From assembly GCA_039935735.1 (NCBI GenBank), contig JBDTJR010000258.1, positions 1 to 52,294 on the forward strand: 52,294 nucleotides of DNA, given 5' to 3'. Both the position numbers and the translations under genes were made by a program. The notes below the pieces were generated by a model that ran no database searches, was not told the origin of the DNA, and saw only the letters and a program-made list of their open reading frames with translations. This document shows positions 20,228 through 29,615 of this stretch, piece after piece. The stretch's first letter is position 1. The number at the start of each line of letters is the position of its first letter. This DNA comes from Chthoniobacterales bacterium (lineage in GTDB: Bacteria; Verrucomicrobiota; Verrucomicrobiia; Chthoniobacterales; JBDTJR01).

Positions 20228-21331
20228 CTATCTTGAAAAAGGGCCGTCTCCAGTCTTTACCAACGCCTTCGGCCAAACCGGCACTGGATCAGAAATCGCC
20301 GCAGCCAGCCACGCCACCTGTTCCTCATATTGCATGTGCGCCTCGACAAAGCGCTTCCACGCCAGTTCCCGATCCGCAACTATCGGCAAACCCGCCGCTG
20401 CGAGTTGCGTGCACGCCGTGTCATATTCTTCCCGCTTGATATACACCAGGTCTGGACTCCGCGACGGACTGACTGGCGTCCCTCTCATCGCCTGATGCGT
20501 ATTCTGAATCACCGCCACCCCGCTCTCAAAGCAAAAGTCGCTCGCCCCGGTTGGTCTATCCACTGCGGAACTTATCAGCGCCAGCGCATCAAGGAACGCT
20601 CCGAACGCGCACGCCCACGACTGATTCGGCGATAGCGGACGGATCACACACAGGATTGGCAGAAAAGTCCGTGCCACCGACAAATTATGAAAAAATGCAC
20701 CCCAGTCTTCCCACAGCTCATGCAACTCCTCTACCCGCTTGTTTCGACAATGCCATTCCAGCAGCGCCACGCCTGACGGCGATCCATCTGTATGTGCATA
20801 AATCCACGCCACTCGTGCCCCACGTGAGCGAATCAAATCCATGAACCCCGGAAGAAATGTAAAAAGATAGACAATCAGAAACAACCCGATCGCACCCTCC
20901 ATGATCGCCAGCACCTGCCCTGCGAAATTCTGCGGTGTCGAGAAGCCCAGCGTGCTCAGTGCCGAGCCGCTCGAAATGAGAGCCGCCGTGAAATTCACAT
21001 TCGCATGGAATGCCACATTCAGCAGCGCAAATCCAATCGTCACCAGCAAAAACCACACCGTGATCACCCCGATCAGCGCACAAGGCCAGTACCATGTCAT
21101 AATTTCGTTGCGCCGTGACGCACCGCCGAAGAGAAAAACCCGCCACCGGAAGAGATGCAGTGTGATCCGCCCCACCCAAAAAGCCAGCGGGTCTTGATAC
21201 TGTTGATTCAGCACTCCTACGCGAATGAGCGACTTGAAAATATAAAAAACCAGTCCCACCCCGACTACCCCCAACGCCACCCGCCCTATAGGGGATGAAC
21301 CCAGCTCAATAGCGGCAAAAAAGAGGCCCAT
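20228..21331 (-). CDS. Membrane protein with a K+-channel-like pore segment and a soluble C-terminal domain
   Basis: TM helix, then FTAALISSGSALSTLGFS (pore-helix/TxGF-like), then TM helix (LAIMEGAIGLFLI...); C-terminal soluble region with SPNQSW. Confidence 0.6.
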   Translation of the reverse strand: MGLFFAAIELGSSPIGRVALGVVGVGLVFYIFKSLIRVGVLNQQYQDPLAFWVGRITLHLFRWRVFLFGGASRRNEIMTWYWPCALIGVITVWFLLVTIGFALLNVAFHANVNFTAALISSGSALSTLGFSTPQNFAGQVLAIMEGAIGLFLIVYLFTFLPGFMDLIRSRGARVAWIYAHTDGSPSGVALLEWHCRNKRVEELHELWEDWGAFFHNLSVARTFLPILCVIRPLSPNQSWACAFGAFLDALALISSAVDRPTGASDFCFESGVAVIQNTHQAMRGTPVSPSRSPDLVYIKREEYDTACTQLAAAGLPIVADRELAWKRFVEAHMQYEEQVAWLAAAISDPVPVWPKALVKTGDGPFSR

Positions 21332-21396
21332 GACTCAAAAGAATAAAAGCAATTCCCTCCGACTTTACAATGCGTATATGAACACCCCAACCGAGA

Positions 21397-23643
21397 TCAG
21401 GTATACCCCTTGATAAGGCGAAGGAACCAATCGGTGCCCAGAAGAAGGCAGAGAAGAATAAGAAGAGTGAAATTATTCCACAGGTCAAAATTGGAAACCT
21501 GCTCCACGGATACCTTTCCTATATTTTCAGGTGTCGGCCAGGTTTTTGCATTACCGCGGTCTATCTTATTTCCACCGGTAGCACTGGCGATGCGGGCCAG
21601 ATTTGGCTCATTAATCCGAGTGTTGCTCGTTTCCGCGCTGGATTTCTCGACATCCACTGCAATGGTTTGCTCCGCGACACGTTTACCCTCGGTGAGAACT
21701 TCAGCCGATATTTTATACTGTCCCTCTTTTGGAGCCTCAAACTGAGCCTGATAAAATCCCGTCTCCGTAGGGTGTGGGGCGAAATCCAAAAGGATTTGCT
21801 TACCATCGGGAAGCGTCACTTTGCCCTGAATTTTTGGTTTTACCATATTGTGATCTGTCTGCACCTCGGCACGAAGGACCACATTATCATCAGTCTGATA
21901 TTTGCTATGTTCGGGAGTAAGCCACAGATTGACATCTCCCGTGCTGGTATTATTCGCAGCAATGGAACGCAATGCCTGTTGCCAAAAGAGAGCATACGGA
22001 GATGCTCCGGTTTCATCGGGAGAAATAACCGTTTGCCATTTCCAGAGAGTATCCGTGCCGATATACAACACGCGTCCACGGCCGACGGGCTGCTCCGCAA
22101 TGACAATCAACCTCCCGTATGCATTCGCTTGCGTGCTGGATTCCAAAAGAATGGAAGCGGCAGGCCGTTTGCGAACGGGTGCATAAATCTGATCCAATGG
22201 GGGGAGCTTCCTCCATGTATTTTGTCCGCCTCCAGAAAAGAATGTCGAGGAGAACCCATCCTGGCTTACCTGCACTTCTACCGGGCCATCAATGGGCTTT
22301 CCTGTCTCGGTGGTAACCTCCACCGGAAGCAGCGAGGCCATATCTGGAATATCCGCCCAACTGGAAATATTCGGCCCTGCAATCACAATAAGCGATTTCC
22401 CTTCTTCGACAACAAGGCGATAAATCGCGGAAATCATCTTTTTTGGCCACCGCTTCGGATTGATATCTCCCAAAACAAAAGTGTCGAAATGTTCCAACTC
22501 CTGATGAGATTGCGGAAAACCACGGAGCTTAAATTTGCTGTCAGGCTCTTCAAACTGGGAGTAGGCACCTCCACTGCGGGAAAGAAATCCCGTAAAGGTA
22601 AAACTCGGGTCGTCTTCAAATACTCTGCGGAGAAATTTAAAATCCCAGCGCCAGGTGTCTTCCAGAAAAAGCACTTCATTTTTATCACTGGTTACCTGCA
22701 AGGTGAACTTTTCATGATTATTGCTAATGACGGCGTGCGGCGGCACTCCCGTAATTTCAAATTCATAAACTTTAAGACCGACCTCAGAAGGCCGAAAGGC
22801 AATAGCCACCTGTTTCTCGTGCTGGTCGGCGGAGAAGGTAATGGTCTGCGTTTGGATCACCTTCCCATCCTCCTTGATATTGAGGGTGAAGGGCTTGTTA
22901 TCAAGCCCCTCCTGTCCCACGGTGACAAGAAATCGAGCTTGTGATTCCAGGTGAATTTTCCGGGCACCCTGAATGTTCACTATGGAAACCGAGGCCGCAC
23001 TTTTCGTCAGTGAAGAAGTGGGCGCCAGTGTGTCGACAGGCACCCCAATGCTCTGAGCGACCTCGACGATATCGCGATTGCCCAAATCATTTCCATCACT
23101 CACCAATAAAACCCGTGCAGGAGCAATACCGCCATCGGGCCCTGTCGAGCTTACCTGACGGTAATAATCCCACGCTGTGGATAAGCTGTCGGCATAATGC
23201 GTCGTCGGTCCGTCTGCTTTGAGATTCTTTAAATCGGATACCTGGATAGGCCGCGCATTTTGATCGAAGCGAAACCAGTAAATGTGAGGATTTCTGGCGA
23301 GTTGCTTTGCCAGTCCACTGCTCTCCAGCCACTTAATGGTCTCCTGAAGCCGGGGATCGCGGCCTTCGGCTTCCGGCGCTTTCATGCTCAAGGAAGTATC
23401 CATGAGCACAAGCATGGCTGGCCCTTGCGTCACCGTATGCTTGCAGGACACTACAGGCTGGAAGAGGCATATTACAAACAGCAGGATAATGGCAATGCGG
23501 ACCGCGCCCAGAATTCCAATCCATTTTGGCGGCACATTTTTTTGTTTTAATACGATGGAGCCATACCCGAGCAGGATAATAAGGCCGACCGTAACTGCGG
23601 CTATTAACCAGACCGGTAAAATTGGAATCCAATGAATAGACAT
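21397..23643 (-). CDS. Membrane-anchored VWA protein with Ig-like and class I glutamine-amidotransferase-like domains (MoxR cluster)
   Basis: N-terminal TM helices, MIDAS-like MDTSLSM...LVSDG, RWDFKFLRR, GRGRVLYIGTDTLWKW and C-terminal TM DWFLR. Start taken at MSIHWIP (23643). Confidence 0.8.
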   Translation of the reverse strand: MSIHWIPILPVWLIAAVTVGLIILLGYGSIVLKQKNVPPKWIGILGAVRIAIILLFVICLFQPVVSCKHTVTQGPAMLVLMDTSLSMKAPEAEGRDPRLQETIKWLESSGLAKQLARNPHIYWFRFDQNARPIQVSDLKNLKADGPTTHYADSLSTAWDYYRQVSSTGPDGGIAPARVLLVSDGNDLGNRDIVEVAQSIGVPVDTLAPTSSLTKSAASVSIVNIQGARKIHLESQARFLVTVGQEGLDNKPFTLNIKEDGKVIQTQTITFSADQHEKQVAIAFRPSEVGLKVYEFEITGVPPHAVISNNHEKFTLQVTSDKNEVLFLEDTWRWDFKFLRRVFEDDPSFTFTGFLSRSGGAYSQFEEPDSKFKLRGFPQSHQELEHFDTFVLGDINPKRWPKKMISAIYRLVVEEGKSLIVIAGPNISSWADIPDMASLLPVEVTTETGKPIDGPVEVQVSQDGFSSTFFSGGGQNTWRKLPPLDQIYAPVRKRPAASILLESSTQANAYGRLIVIAEQPVGRGRVLYIGTDTLWKWQTVISPDETGASPYALFWQQALRSIAANNTSTGDVNLWLTPEHSKYQTDDNVVLRAEVQTDHNMVKPKIQGKVTLPDGKQILLDFAPHPTETGFYQAQFEAPKEGQYKISAEVLTEGKRVAEQTIAVDVEKSSAETSNTRINEPNLARIASATGGNKIDRGNAKTWPTPENIGKVSVEQVSNFDLWNNFTLLILLCLLLGTDWFLRLIKGYT

Positions 23644-23654
23644 GATGCGAAGAA

Positions 23655-25862
23655 TCAGGGTGCAGACGGGCCGGAACTCGGAGCCATAATCCCATGCTGG
23701 GAAACCGTCGATTTTGCAATTTTGGGATTTACCCTTGGGCAAAGCCAGTGAACGAAAAACATTTCCGCAAGCATCATTAAGCAGGCAAGACCAACAAACC
23801 ACGGCCAAAGCTGTACTCGACCAGTCGATACGGATGGATTTTTAGCATTGGGGTCAGGGCGGATAAACTCGAAGCTGGCTCCGTTCCACCACGACTTTAA
23901 AGTATCCGAAGAAATCGGTGTCAGGTTACTGTCTCCAAGCCCTGGCTGAACAACAAATGGAATGGACTTGTCGGGGCTTCCGCCGACTTCCTGCACTACA
24001 TACACGCCGATTTCGTTGACGGCATCCAGACGCATAATGGTTTGGGAATTAATGTTGTGAAGCGTGGGTGTAATGGTTTTACCGCTCGGTGTAGTAACAG
24101 TAACCTTCGTGTCCTTTCCCGAAACGGTAAGCGGGAATGCAATGACATCCCCCACCTGAAATATCCGGCGAACAATACCGCCAGCCAAACGGGTAATGAT
24201 ACGATCCAGCAAAGGAACGTAACTGTTGCGACGGGGAAGATCACTCCAGTCATCATTTGCCGTGGTATTAAAAAAGATGACCTTGCCGAGACCGTAGGTG
24301 CGCTCAAGAAGCAGGGGATCGAGATCATTAATCCATGCAAGAATTTCGGCGGCACTTCCATCAGGAATATTTCCCAAATGGTAATAACTCCGGAATTTTG
24401 TCTCGCTCAAATCATTGAAGGTCGGATCAAAAAGCGGCGCGAGCATGGGATGATTCCATTGAATTCTGGTAATACTGGCGAGTTGGGCTCCCGCCTGCTC
24501 GGCATTTACAAGATTGGTAAGCGGCGCTGGCGATAAGCCGTCAACAGGATGCGCGGGATTAAAGAGTTTGTTATTATAAAATGGCGGTTGAACCGAGGGG
24601 CCTAGGAAAACCACAAGTCCCGCTCCGGCACGCACGCGATTTTCAAGCGCCGCAAGTGTGGTATCGGATAACTGGGGAACATTCACCATGAAAATGACAT
24701 CTGCATCGGCGAGATCCTGCGTACTGACAAGCGCAGGTGTTTTTTGTGAAATTTTCAGATTGCCATTTCCCGCATAAGCCAGCGCTTCCAATGCCATGCG
24801 TAAATGCAAGCCGGGGCGCAGCGATGCGACCTGTGTGGACTCCGGCTCGATCATCAAAACTTTCGTGGTGCCACGCGTGTCGAGGTTCAGCCATGCCCGA
24901 TCATCACTCGGAAGGGAATCCTTCGGGTCGAGTTCGATCTGGGCGACTTTGCCTTTCAGATCATAAGTGACAGGGATTTCAATATCCACCTGCACAAGTT
25001 GACCGGGAACAAGACTCACTTTTTGATTTTGATTCGGAAGCCCCGGAAGATGGGTGATGATAACATTTCGTTTTTGACCTTCGTCACCCACACACCCAAC
25101 CTGCACCCGAATGACGCGTTTTGCCGGATTGAAACTCTCTATGAGGTGCACATTCGAAATCCATGCATTCTGCGGAGAAGTAACGCCCACATCGACGAGG
25201 TGAACATGCACCGGAGTTTTCAGCCCCGAGAGAAAGGAAAATATCTCACCCTGAGACCAGCTTTGCTGGTGATTATCCGTAATGAAATAAAGCTCAGCAC
25301 TCGTATTCGCACGGGCTTGCGACAGCACAGGACGAATGATTTGCAGGGCAGAGCTCAAGTCCGTATCCGTTAAAGTCACTTGTGCGGCATCAAGCCTGGG
25401 AAGATAGAGATCGGCATTCTGGATGGGGCTACCCAGTGCGGTGGAGGTATTACCCGTGAGAATTACCGCCGTATCATCCCCTGCCACTCCCTGCCCCAGA
25501 AGACTCTCGGCAACTTTTTTTCCCTGATCAAAAGGTGACGGGCGATCCGGCGTCTGGTAGCTCATGCTCCGGCTGACATCCAAAATGATGAACCGCTCCG
25601 TAAATCCTTTCTGCCCGGTAAGCGACAGAATGGGCTTGGCGAGTGCCAGCACCAAAAAAAGAATGAAAAGCGCACGAAGAATGAAGAGCAGGATCTGATG
25701 CCACTGAAGCCGCCGGGCAAGACGCTGCTGCGTCACGCGAAGCCATCGCAAACTACTGAAAGGCGTTTGCCTTACCTTACGCGGCTTGAAAATGTGAATA
25801 CCTATCGGAATCGCCAATAGAGCGGCGCCAAGCAAGGCCAGAGGTGCGAGAAAAGCAAACAT
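23655..25862 (-). CDS. BatA-domain / VWA membrane protein
   Basis: BatA-like N-terminus (IPIGIHIF...PFSSL...LLFILR...LALAKP), LDVSRSM, FITDN, DDWSDLP and C-terminal TM LWPW...AE. Confidence 0.85.
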   Translation of the reverse strand: MFAFLAPLALLGAALLAIPIGIHIFKPRKVRQTPFSSLRWLRVTQQRLARRLQWHQILLFILRALFILFLVLALAKPILSLTGQKGFTERFIILDVSRSMSYQTPDRPSPFDQGKKVAESLLGQGVAGDDTAVILTGNTSTALGSPIQNADLYLPRLDAAQVTLTDTDLSSALQIIRPVLSQARANTSAELYFITDNHQQSWSQGEIFSFLSGLKTPVHVHLVDVGVTSPQNAWISNVHLIESFNPAKRVIRVQVGCVGDEGQKRNVIITHLPGLPNQNQKVSLVPGQLVQVDIEIPVTYDLKGKVAQIELDPKDSLPSDDRAWLNLDTRGTTKVLMIEPESTQVASLRPGLHLRMALEALAYAGNGNLKISQKTPALVSTQDLADADVIFMVNVPQLSDTTLAALENRVRAGAGLVVFLGPSVQPPFYNNKLFNPAHPVDGLSPAPLTNLVNAEQAGAQLASITRIQWNHPMLAPLFDPTFNDLSETKFRSYYHLGNIPDGSAAEILAWINDLDPLLLERTYGLGKVIFFNTTANDDWSDLPRRNSYVPLLDRIITRLAGGIVRRIFQVGDVIAFPLTVSGKDTKVTVTTPSGKTITPTLHNINSQTIMRLDAVNEIGVYVVQEVGGSPDKSIPFVVQPGLGDSNLTPISSDTLKSWWNGASFEFIRPDPNAKNPSVSTGRVQLWPWFVGLACLMMLAEMFFVHWLCPRVNPKIAKSTVSQHGIMAPSSGPSAP

Positions 25863-25903
25863 CAGTTTATAGCGAAAATAAATTCAGCGAAGACGTGTTC
25901 ATA

Positions 25904-26917
25904 TTATCCTCTGATCTTTGCACGCCGGTTCAAGTAAGCAAAAAGCGCTTTATCATAGGGTTCATGGGTATTGACGCGTTCGTAATCAATTCCCATCTCC
26001 ACAAGTCCCTTACGATAGTATGCGTGAGTATCCTCAAGGCTTTTAAGGTACAAAGCACGGGCGGAGGCGGGATCGATCTCCATCTCCTCGCCAGTTTCCA
26101 TATCGCGAAAAACAGTGGCACCGTCGAACGGAAATTCAATTTCCGCCGCATCCTGAATGTGAAATACGATCACATCGTGTCCATGACTCTTAATCAACCG
26201 TAGCGCCTTCAGCGTGTCTTCAGGATCATCGATAAGATCGCTGACAACGACGACAAGACCTTTCCGCTTCAGATTACGCACGATCGCACGCAGACTTGAT
26301 GAAACATTAGTTTCACCCGAGGGTGGGTTACGAATCATTACCTGCATCATCTGTCGCAAGTGCGATGTGCGGCAGCGTGGTGGAATGAGAAACCCGGGTT
26401 TGGCCCCAAAGAGCGCGAGGCCAGCGGCGTCCTGCTGCTTCATCATGAGATAAGCAAGACAGGTGACAAGAAAGCAGGAGTAATCCCACTTTGTCATCGC
26501 GCCGGTGCCAAATGCCATGGAGGCCGAGCGATCCAGCACGAGATAGCAGCGAAGATTCGTCTCCTCCTCGTAGCGCTTGATGTAGTAGCGATCCGTGCGC
26601 GCATAGACCTGCCAGTCCATGTATTTCAAATCATCACCCGGAACGTATTCACGATGATCGGCGAACTCCACGGAGAAACCGTGAAACGGACTTTTGTGCA
26701 AGCCGCTGATAAATCCTTCAACAACCAAACGCGCAATCAGGGGCGTAAGGCCGAACTGTGTAAGCACCGCGGGGTCGAGGTAACGTTGATTGCCCCCACC
26801 CTGCATAACGCCCCCAAGTACCCTGGGATTGGCGCGCTCCATGACGTTCTTGCGGAAACGATCCGCAAAGTCACGGGCGCGAGCCGTTAGTTTTTCCTTC
26901 CAGGATTTCAGAGGCAT
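25904..26917 (-). CDS. DUF58 family VWA-like protein
   Basis: GLHKSPFHGFSVEFADHREYVPGDDLKYMDW, KRYEEETN, LDRSASM and VVSDL. Confidence 0.93.
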   Translation of the reverse strand: MPLKSWKEKLTARARDFADRFRKNVMERANPRVLGGVMQGGGNQRYLDPAVLTQFGLTPLIARLVVEGFISGLHKSPFHGFSVEFADHREYVPGDDLKYMDWQVYARTDRYYIKRYEEETNLRCYLVLDRSASMAFGTGAMTKWDYSCFLVTCLAYLMMKQQDAAGLALFGAKPGFLIPPRCRTSHLRQMMQVMIRNPPSGETNVSSSLRAIVRNLKRKGLVVVVSDLIDDPEDTLKALRLIKSHGHDVIVFHIQDAAEIEFPFDGATVFRDMETGEEMEIDPASARALYLKSLEDTHAYYRKGLVEMGIDYERVNTHEPYDKALFAYLNRRAKIRG

Positions 26918-26943
26918 TGTGCGATTACTTGAGATTGACCAAA

Positions 26944-27945
26944 TTACGAACCCGAACGCTCAGGCACTTCCTTGATCAGGCGCTGTACGATCGTATCCGT
27001 GGTGATGCCTTCGGCTTCTGCCGTAAAGCTCGCCGCGATACGGTGACGAAGCACGGCCAGCGCGACATAACGAATGTCATCACAGGATACATTGACACGA
27101 CCCGAAAGCGCGGCGTGACATTTTGCGCATAGAATAAGGGCCTGACTTGCACGCGGACCTGCACCCCAGCCGATTTGCTCTTTCACAAATGCCGGCACGC
27201 CAGATTCATTCGGCCGAGTCGAACGCACAAGGTCGACGGCATAACCCGTGACATGGCGCGAAACCGGAATACTGCGAACAATGTTCTGGAAGAACAATAC
27301 GGTGGGCGCATCGCATACGGCCTGGACATCGGAGACTTCATTCGAGGTCGTCCTTAATACAATGTCCTCTTCTTCCTGAGCCGTGGGATAATTAATAAAG
27401 GTATTCATGAGGAAACGATCTTTCTGCGCTTCTGGCAGAGGATAGGTTCCTTCCTGGTCGATCGGGTTCTGCGTCGCGAGAACGAAAAAAGGAGGCTCTA
27501 GCGTGTAGGTCTGTCCGCCCGAAGTGACCTCCTTTTCCTGCATCGCCTGGAGCAATGCAGCCTGTGTCTTCGGCGGAGTACGGTTGATTTCGTCCGCGAG
27601 AACAATGTTTGTAAAGACAGGACCCGGAACAAATCGAGTGACGCGCTTGCCGGTTTCATGGTCTTCCTCGATGACATTCGTGCCGACGATGTCCGAAGGC
27701 ATGAGATCGGGCGTAAACTGAATACGCTTGAAATTAAGGGAGAGCACTTTCCCCAGCGTATTAATCATGAGTGTCTTGGCAAGGCCCGGCACACCCTCGA
27801 GAAGATTGTGTCCGCCGGCAAAAACAGTAATGAGAAGCTGCTCGAGCACCTCATGTTGGCCGACAACGGTTTTCCCCAGCTCAGCAAGCATCTTATTGCG
27901 GTAGGCGTGAAGTGTTTGGATATTTTGTTGGATTTGGTCGCTCAT
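26944..27945 (-). CDS. moxR: MoxR-family AAA+ ATPase
   Basis: Walker A LLEGVPGLAKT, RIQFTPDLMPSD, Walker B LADEINR, ATQNPIDQEGTYPLPEAQKDRF and GAGPRA. Confidence 0.96.
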   Translation of the reverse strand: MSDQIQQNIQTLHAYRNKMLAELGKTVVGQHEVLEQLLITVFAGGHNLLEGVPGLAKTLMINTLGKVLSLNFKRIQFTPDLMPSDIVGTNVIEEDHETGKRVTRFVPGPVFTNIVLADEINRTPPKTQAALLQAMQEKEVTSGGQTYTLEPPFFVLATQNPIDQEGTYPLPEAQKDRFLMNTFINYPTAQEEEDIVLRTTSNEVSDVQAVCDAPTVLFFQNIVRSIPVSRHVTGYAVDLVRSTRPNESGVPAFVKEQIGWGAGPRASQALILCAKCHAALSGRVNVSCDDIRYVALAVLRHRIAASFTAEAEGITTDTIVQRLIKEVPERSGS

Positions 27946-28076
27946 GTTAGTCGTGGATTTTTAATCGATATTAAAAAATATAATTAGATATTGTGTAGGA
28001 TAGGATAGGGCAGGACAAGCAAAGGAAAGCGGTTTAAAATACGCCGTAATCTGGATTGTTTAGGAAAGGCAGGTTC

Positions 28077-29615
28077 TTAATGACTAAGTGCATAGGTAAT
28101 GATATCGATCGCAACTTTTAAGGAATCCGAAGACGAAATTCCTTTGGCATAGGCATTGGATTCACGGTTAAGACCGCTGTTAAAATCATAAGGCGTGTAA
28201 AGCACCGCCAGGCGGTCATTAATGAATAATCCATAAAATTCGGGCGTGCTAAGGTCTGGATTATCCTTAAGCGCGGCAGGTGTGTAGCTGATACGCTCCA
28301 AAGGATTCCAGCCCCCCGTAAAAAGAGGGTGCGAGGGAGGAATTTTGACGAGTTCGCTTTTAGGAAACATTTCCTGAAGCTCATGACGAAAGGCGGTATC
28401 GAATGGCGAGAGTCCACCGGCTGCGCTGGCAACCAGCATACCGCCGCGCTGGAGATAACGGATCAGTCCTTCGCGTTCCTGAGGAGTGAGTTCAAAATTA
28501 TAGTGCCCCGTCATGAAGATCAGCGGGTAATTTCCAAGTGTGGGATCGTCGAGTGAAACGACATGAGGCGCAAAATCCACATCGATGTGCGTATTATCAT
28601 TCAGCCCCAGAAGAAGGCTATTTTGTATGCCAGGATTAACATCCCAACTGCCATTGTAACGGACGAGTCCAAAACGGAAAACATCCCCGGCCTTCGTATG
28701 ACTGTCGTATTTCGGAAATTGCTGGGAAAGAAATTTTCCGTAAGCGGTATTTCCCAGCACATAGGAGATCATATTGACACCGAGCCGGATGGCAGCTTCA
28801 CCCATGATATGTTTCCCTGCGGGATTATAGGAAGTTTCACTCCATGCCGTACCGAGACCATAGGGAACAAGAATAGCCGCCGCGCGAGTTCCGATATCGA
28901 GTGTATAAATATCCGGTGGTTTACTTATTTTTATTCCATTCACCATGGTGGACACATCCTTGATACGGTCGAAAGAATTAAGAAGAGGATGATCCGGCGG
29001 GATCTTCATGAATCTTTTCTTTGGAAAGACCTTCCGCATCTCACGCATCACAGCGATGGAAAAGGCATCCTGTCCACGCGCAGCATTAAAAATGATTGTT
29101 CCTCCCGCGGTAAGATAACGGTGGAGATTTTCTACTTCTGCATCCGTCAATACAAAATCATAATCCCCCGTCATGTAGAGAATGGGAATATCCACCGGAT
29201 CGAAATCCGGACTCGCCAAAGGCTTCGTGTCGTACTGGTAGTTATTCCCGCCCGGCAAACGTTTGTTCGTAAAGGCTACAAGGTTGGAGGCATCGTTAGG
29301 AAAGCTCTTCCATTGATCAAATAATGTGACTTTTCCGGCGCTATCCACATATTTCAGCTTTTCGCCATATTCCACCTTATACATCACCGTCAACGAAGGC
29401 GGCGCGGGAGGGCTGCGTTCCTGGGATTTTCGCATTCCCGGGCCATTGGTCATCGTGATGTCGATTGTCTCACTGCTCGAAACCGTCTTGGGCGGAGATT
29501 TAGCGGCGGGAGGAGGCGCAGATTCCGCAGGTGGAAAATTTACAGCACGTTGCGCATCTGCCTTAAAAGGCAGCATACCAAACGTAAAAATTACAAAAAA
29601 TACAAAGACTCTCAC
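28077..29615 (-). CDS. Secreted protein with two tandem DUF4159-like domains
   Basis: Signal peptide, then two copies of P(I/L)(L/I)(Y/F)MTG...L..YL..GG...F..E....FP......IPP.HPL. GTG start overlaps the upstream stop. Confidence 0.8.
   Translation of the reverse strand: MRVFVFFVIFTFGMLPFKADAQRAVNFPPAESAPPPAAKSPPKTVSSSETIDITMTNGPGMRKSQERSPPAPPSLTVMYKVEYGEKLKYVDSAGKVTLFDQWKSFPNDASNLVAFTNKRLPGGNNYQYDTKPLASPDFDPVDIPILYMTGDYDFVLTDAEVENLHRYLTAGGTIIFNAARGQDAFSIAVMREMRKVFPKKRFMKIPPDHPLLNSFDRIKDVSTMVNGIKISKPPDIYTLDIGTRAAAILVPYGLGTAWSETSYNPAGKHIMGEAAIRLGVNMISYVLGNTAYGKFLSQQFPKYDSHTKAGDVFRFGLVRYNGSWDVNPGIQNSLLLGLNDNTHIDVDFAPHVVSLDDPTLGNYPLIFMTGHYNFELTPQEREGLIRYLQRGGMLVASAAGGLSPFDTAFRHELQEMFPKSELVKIPPSHPLFTGGWNPLERISYTPAALKDNPDLSTPEFYGLFINDRLAVLYTPYDFNSGLNRESNAYAKGISSSDSLKVAIDIITYALSH

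Noticed and set aside
21667-22944. 425-aa plus-strand ORF
   Set aside because: Fully antisense to the motif-supported VWA/GATase-like gene and has no recognisable motifs; treated as a shadow ORF.
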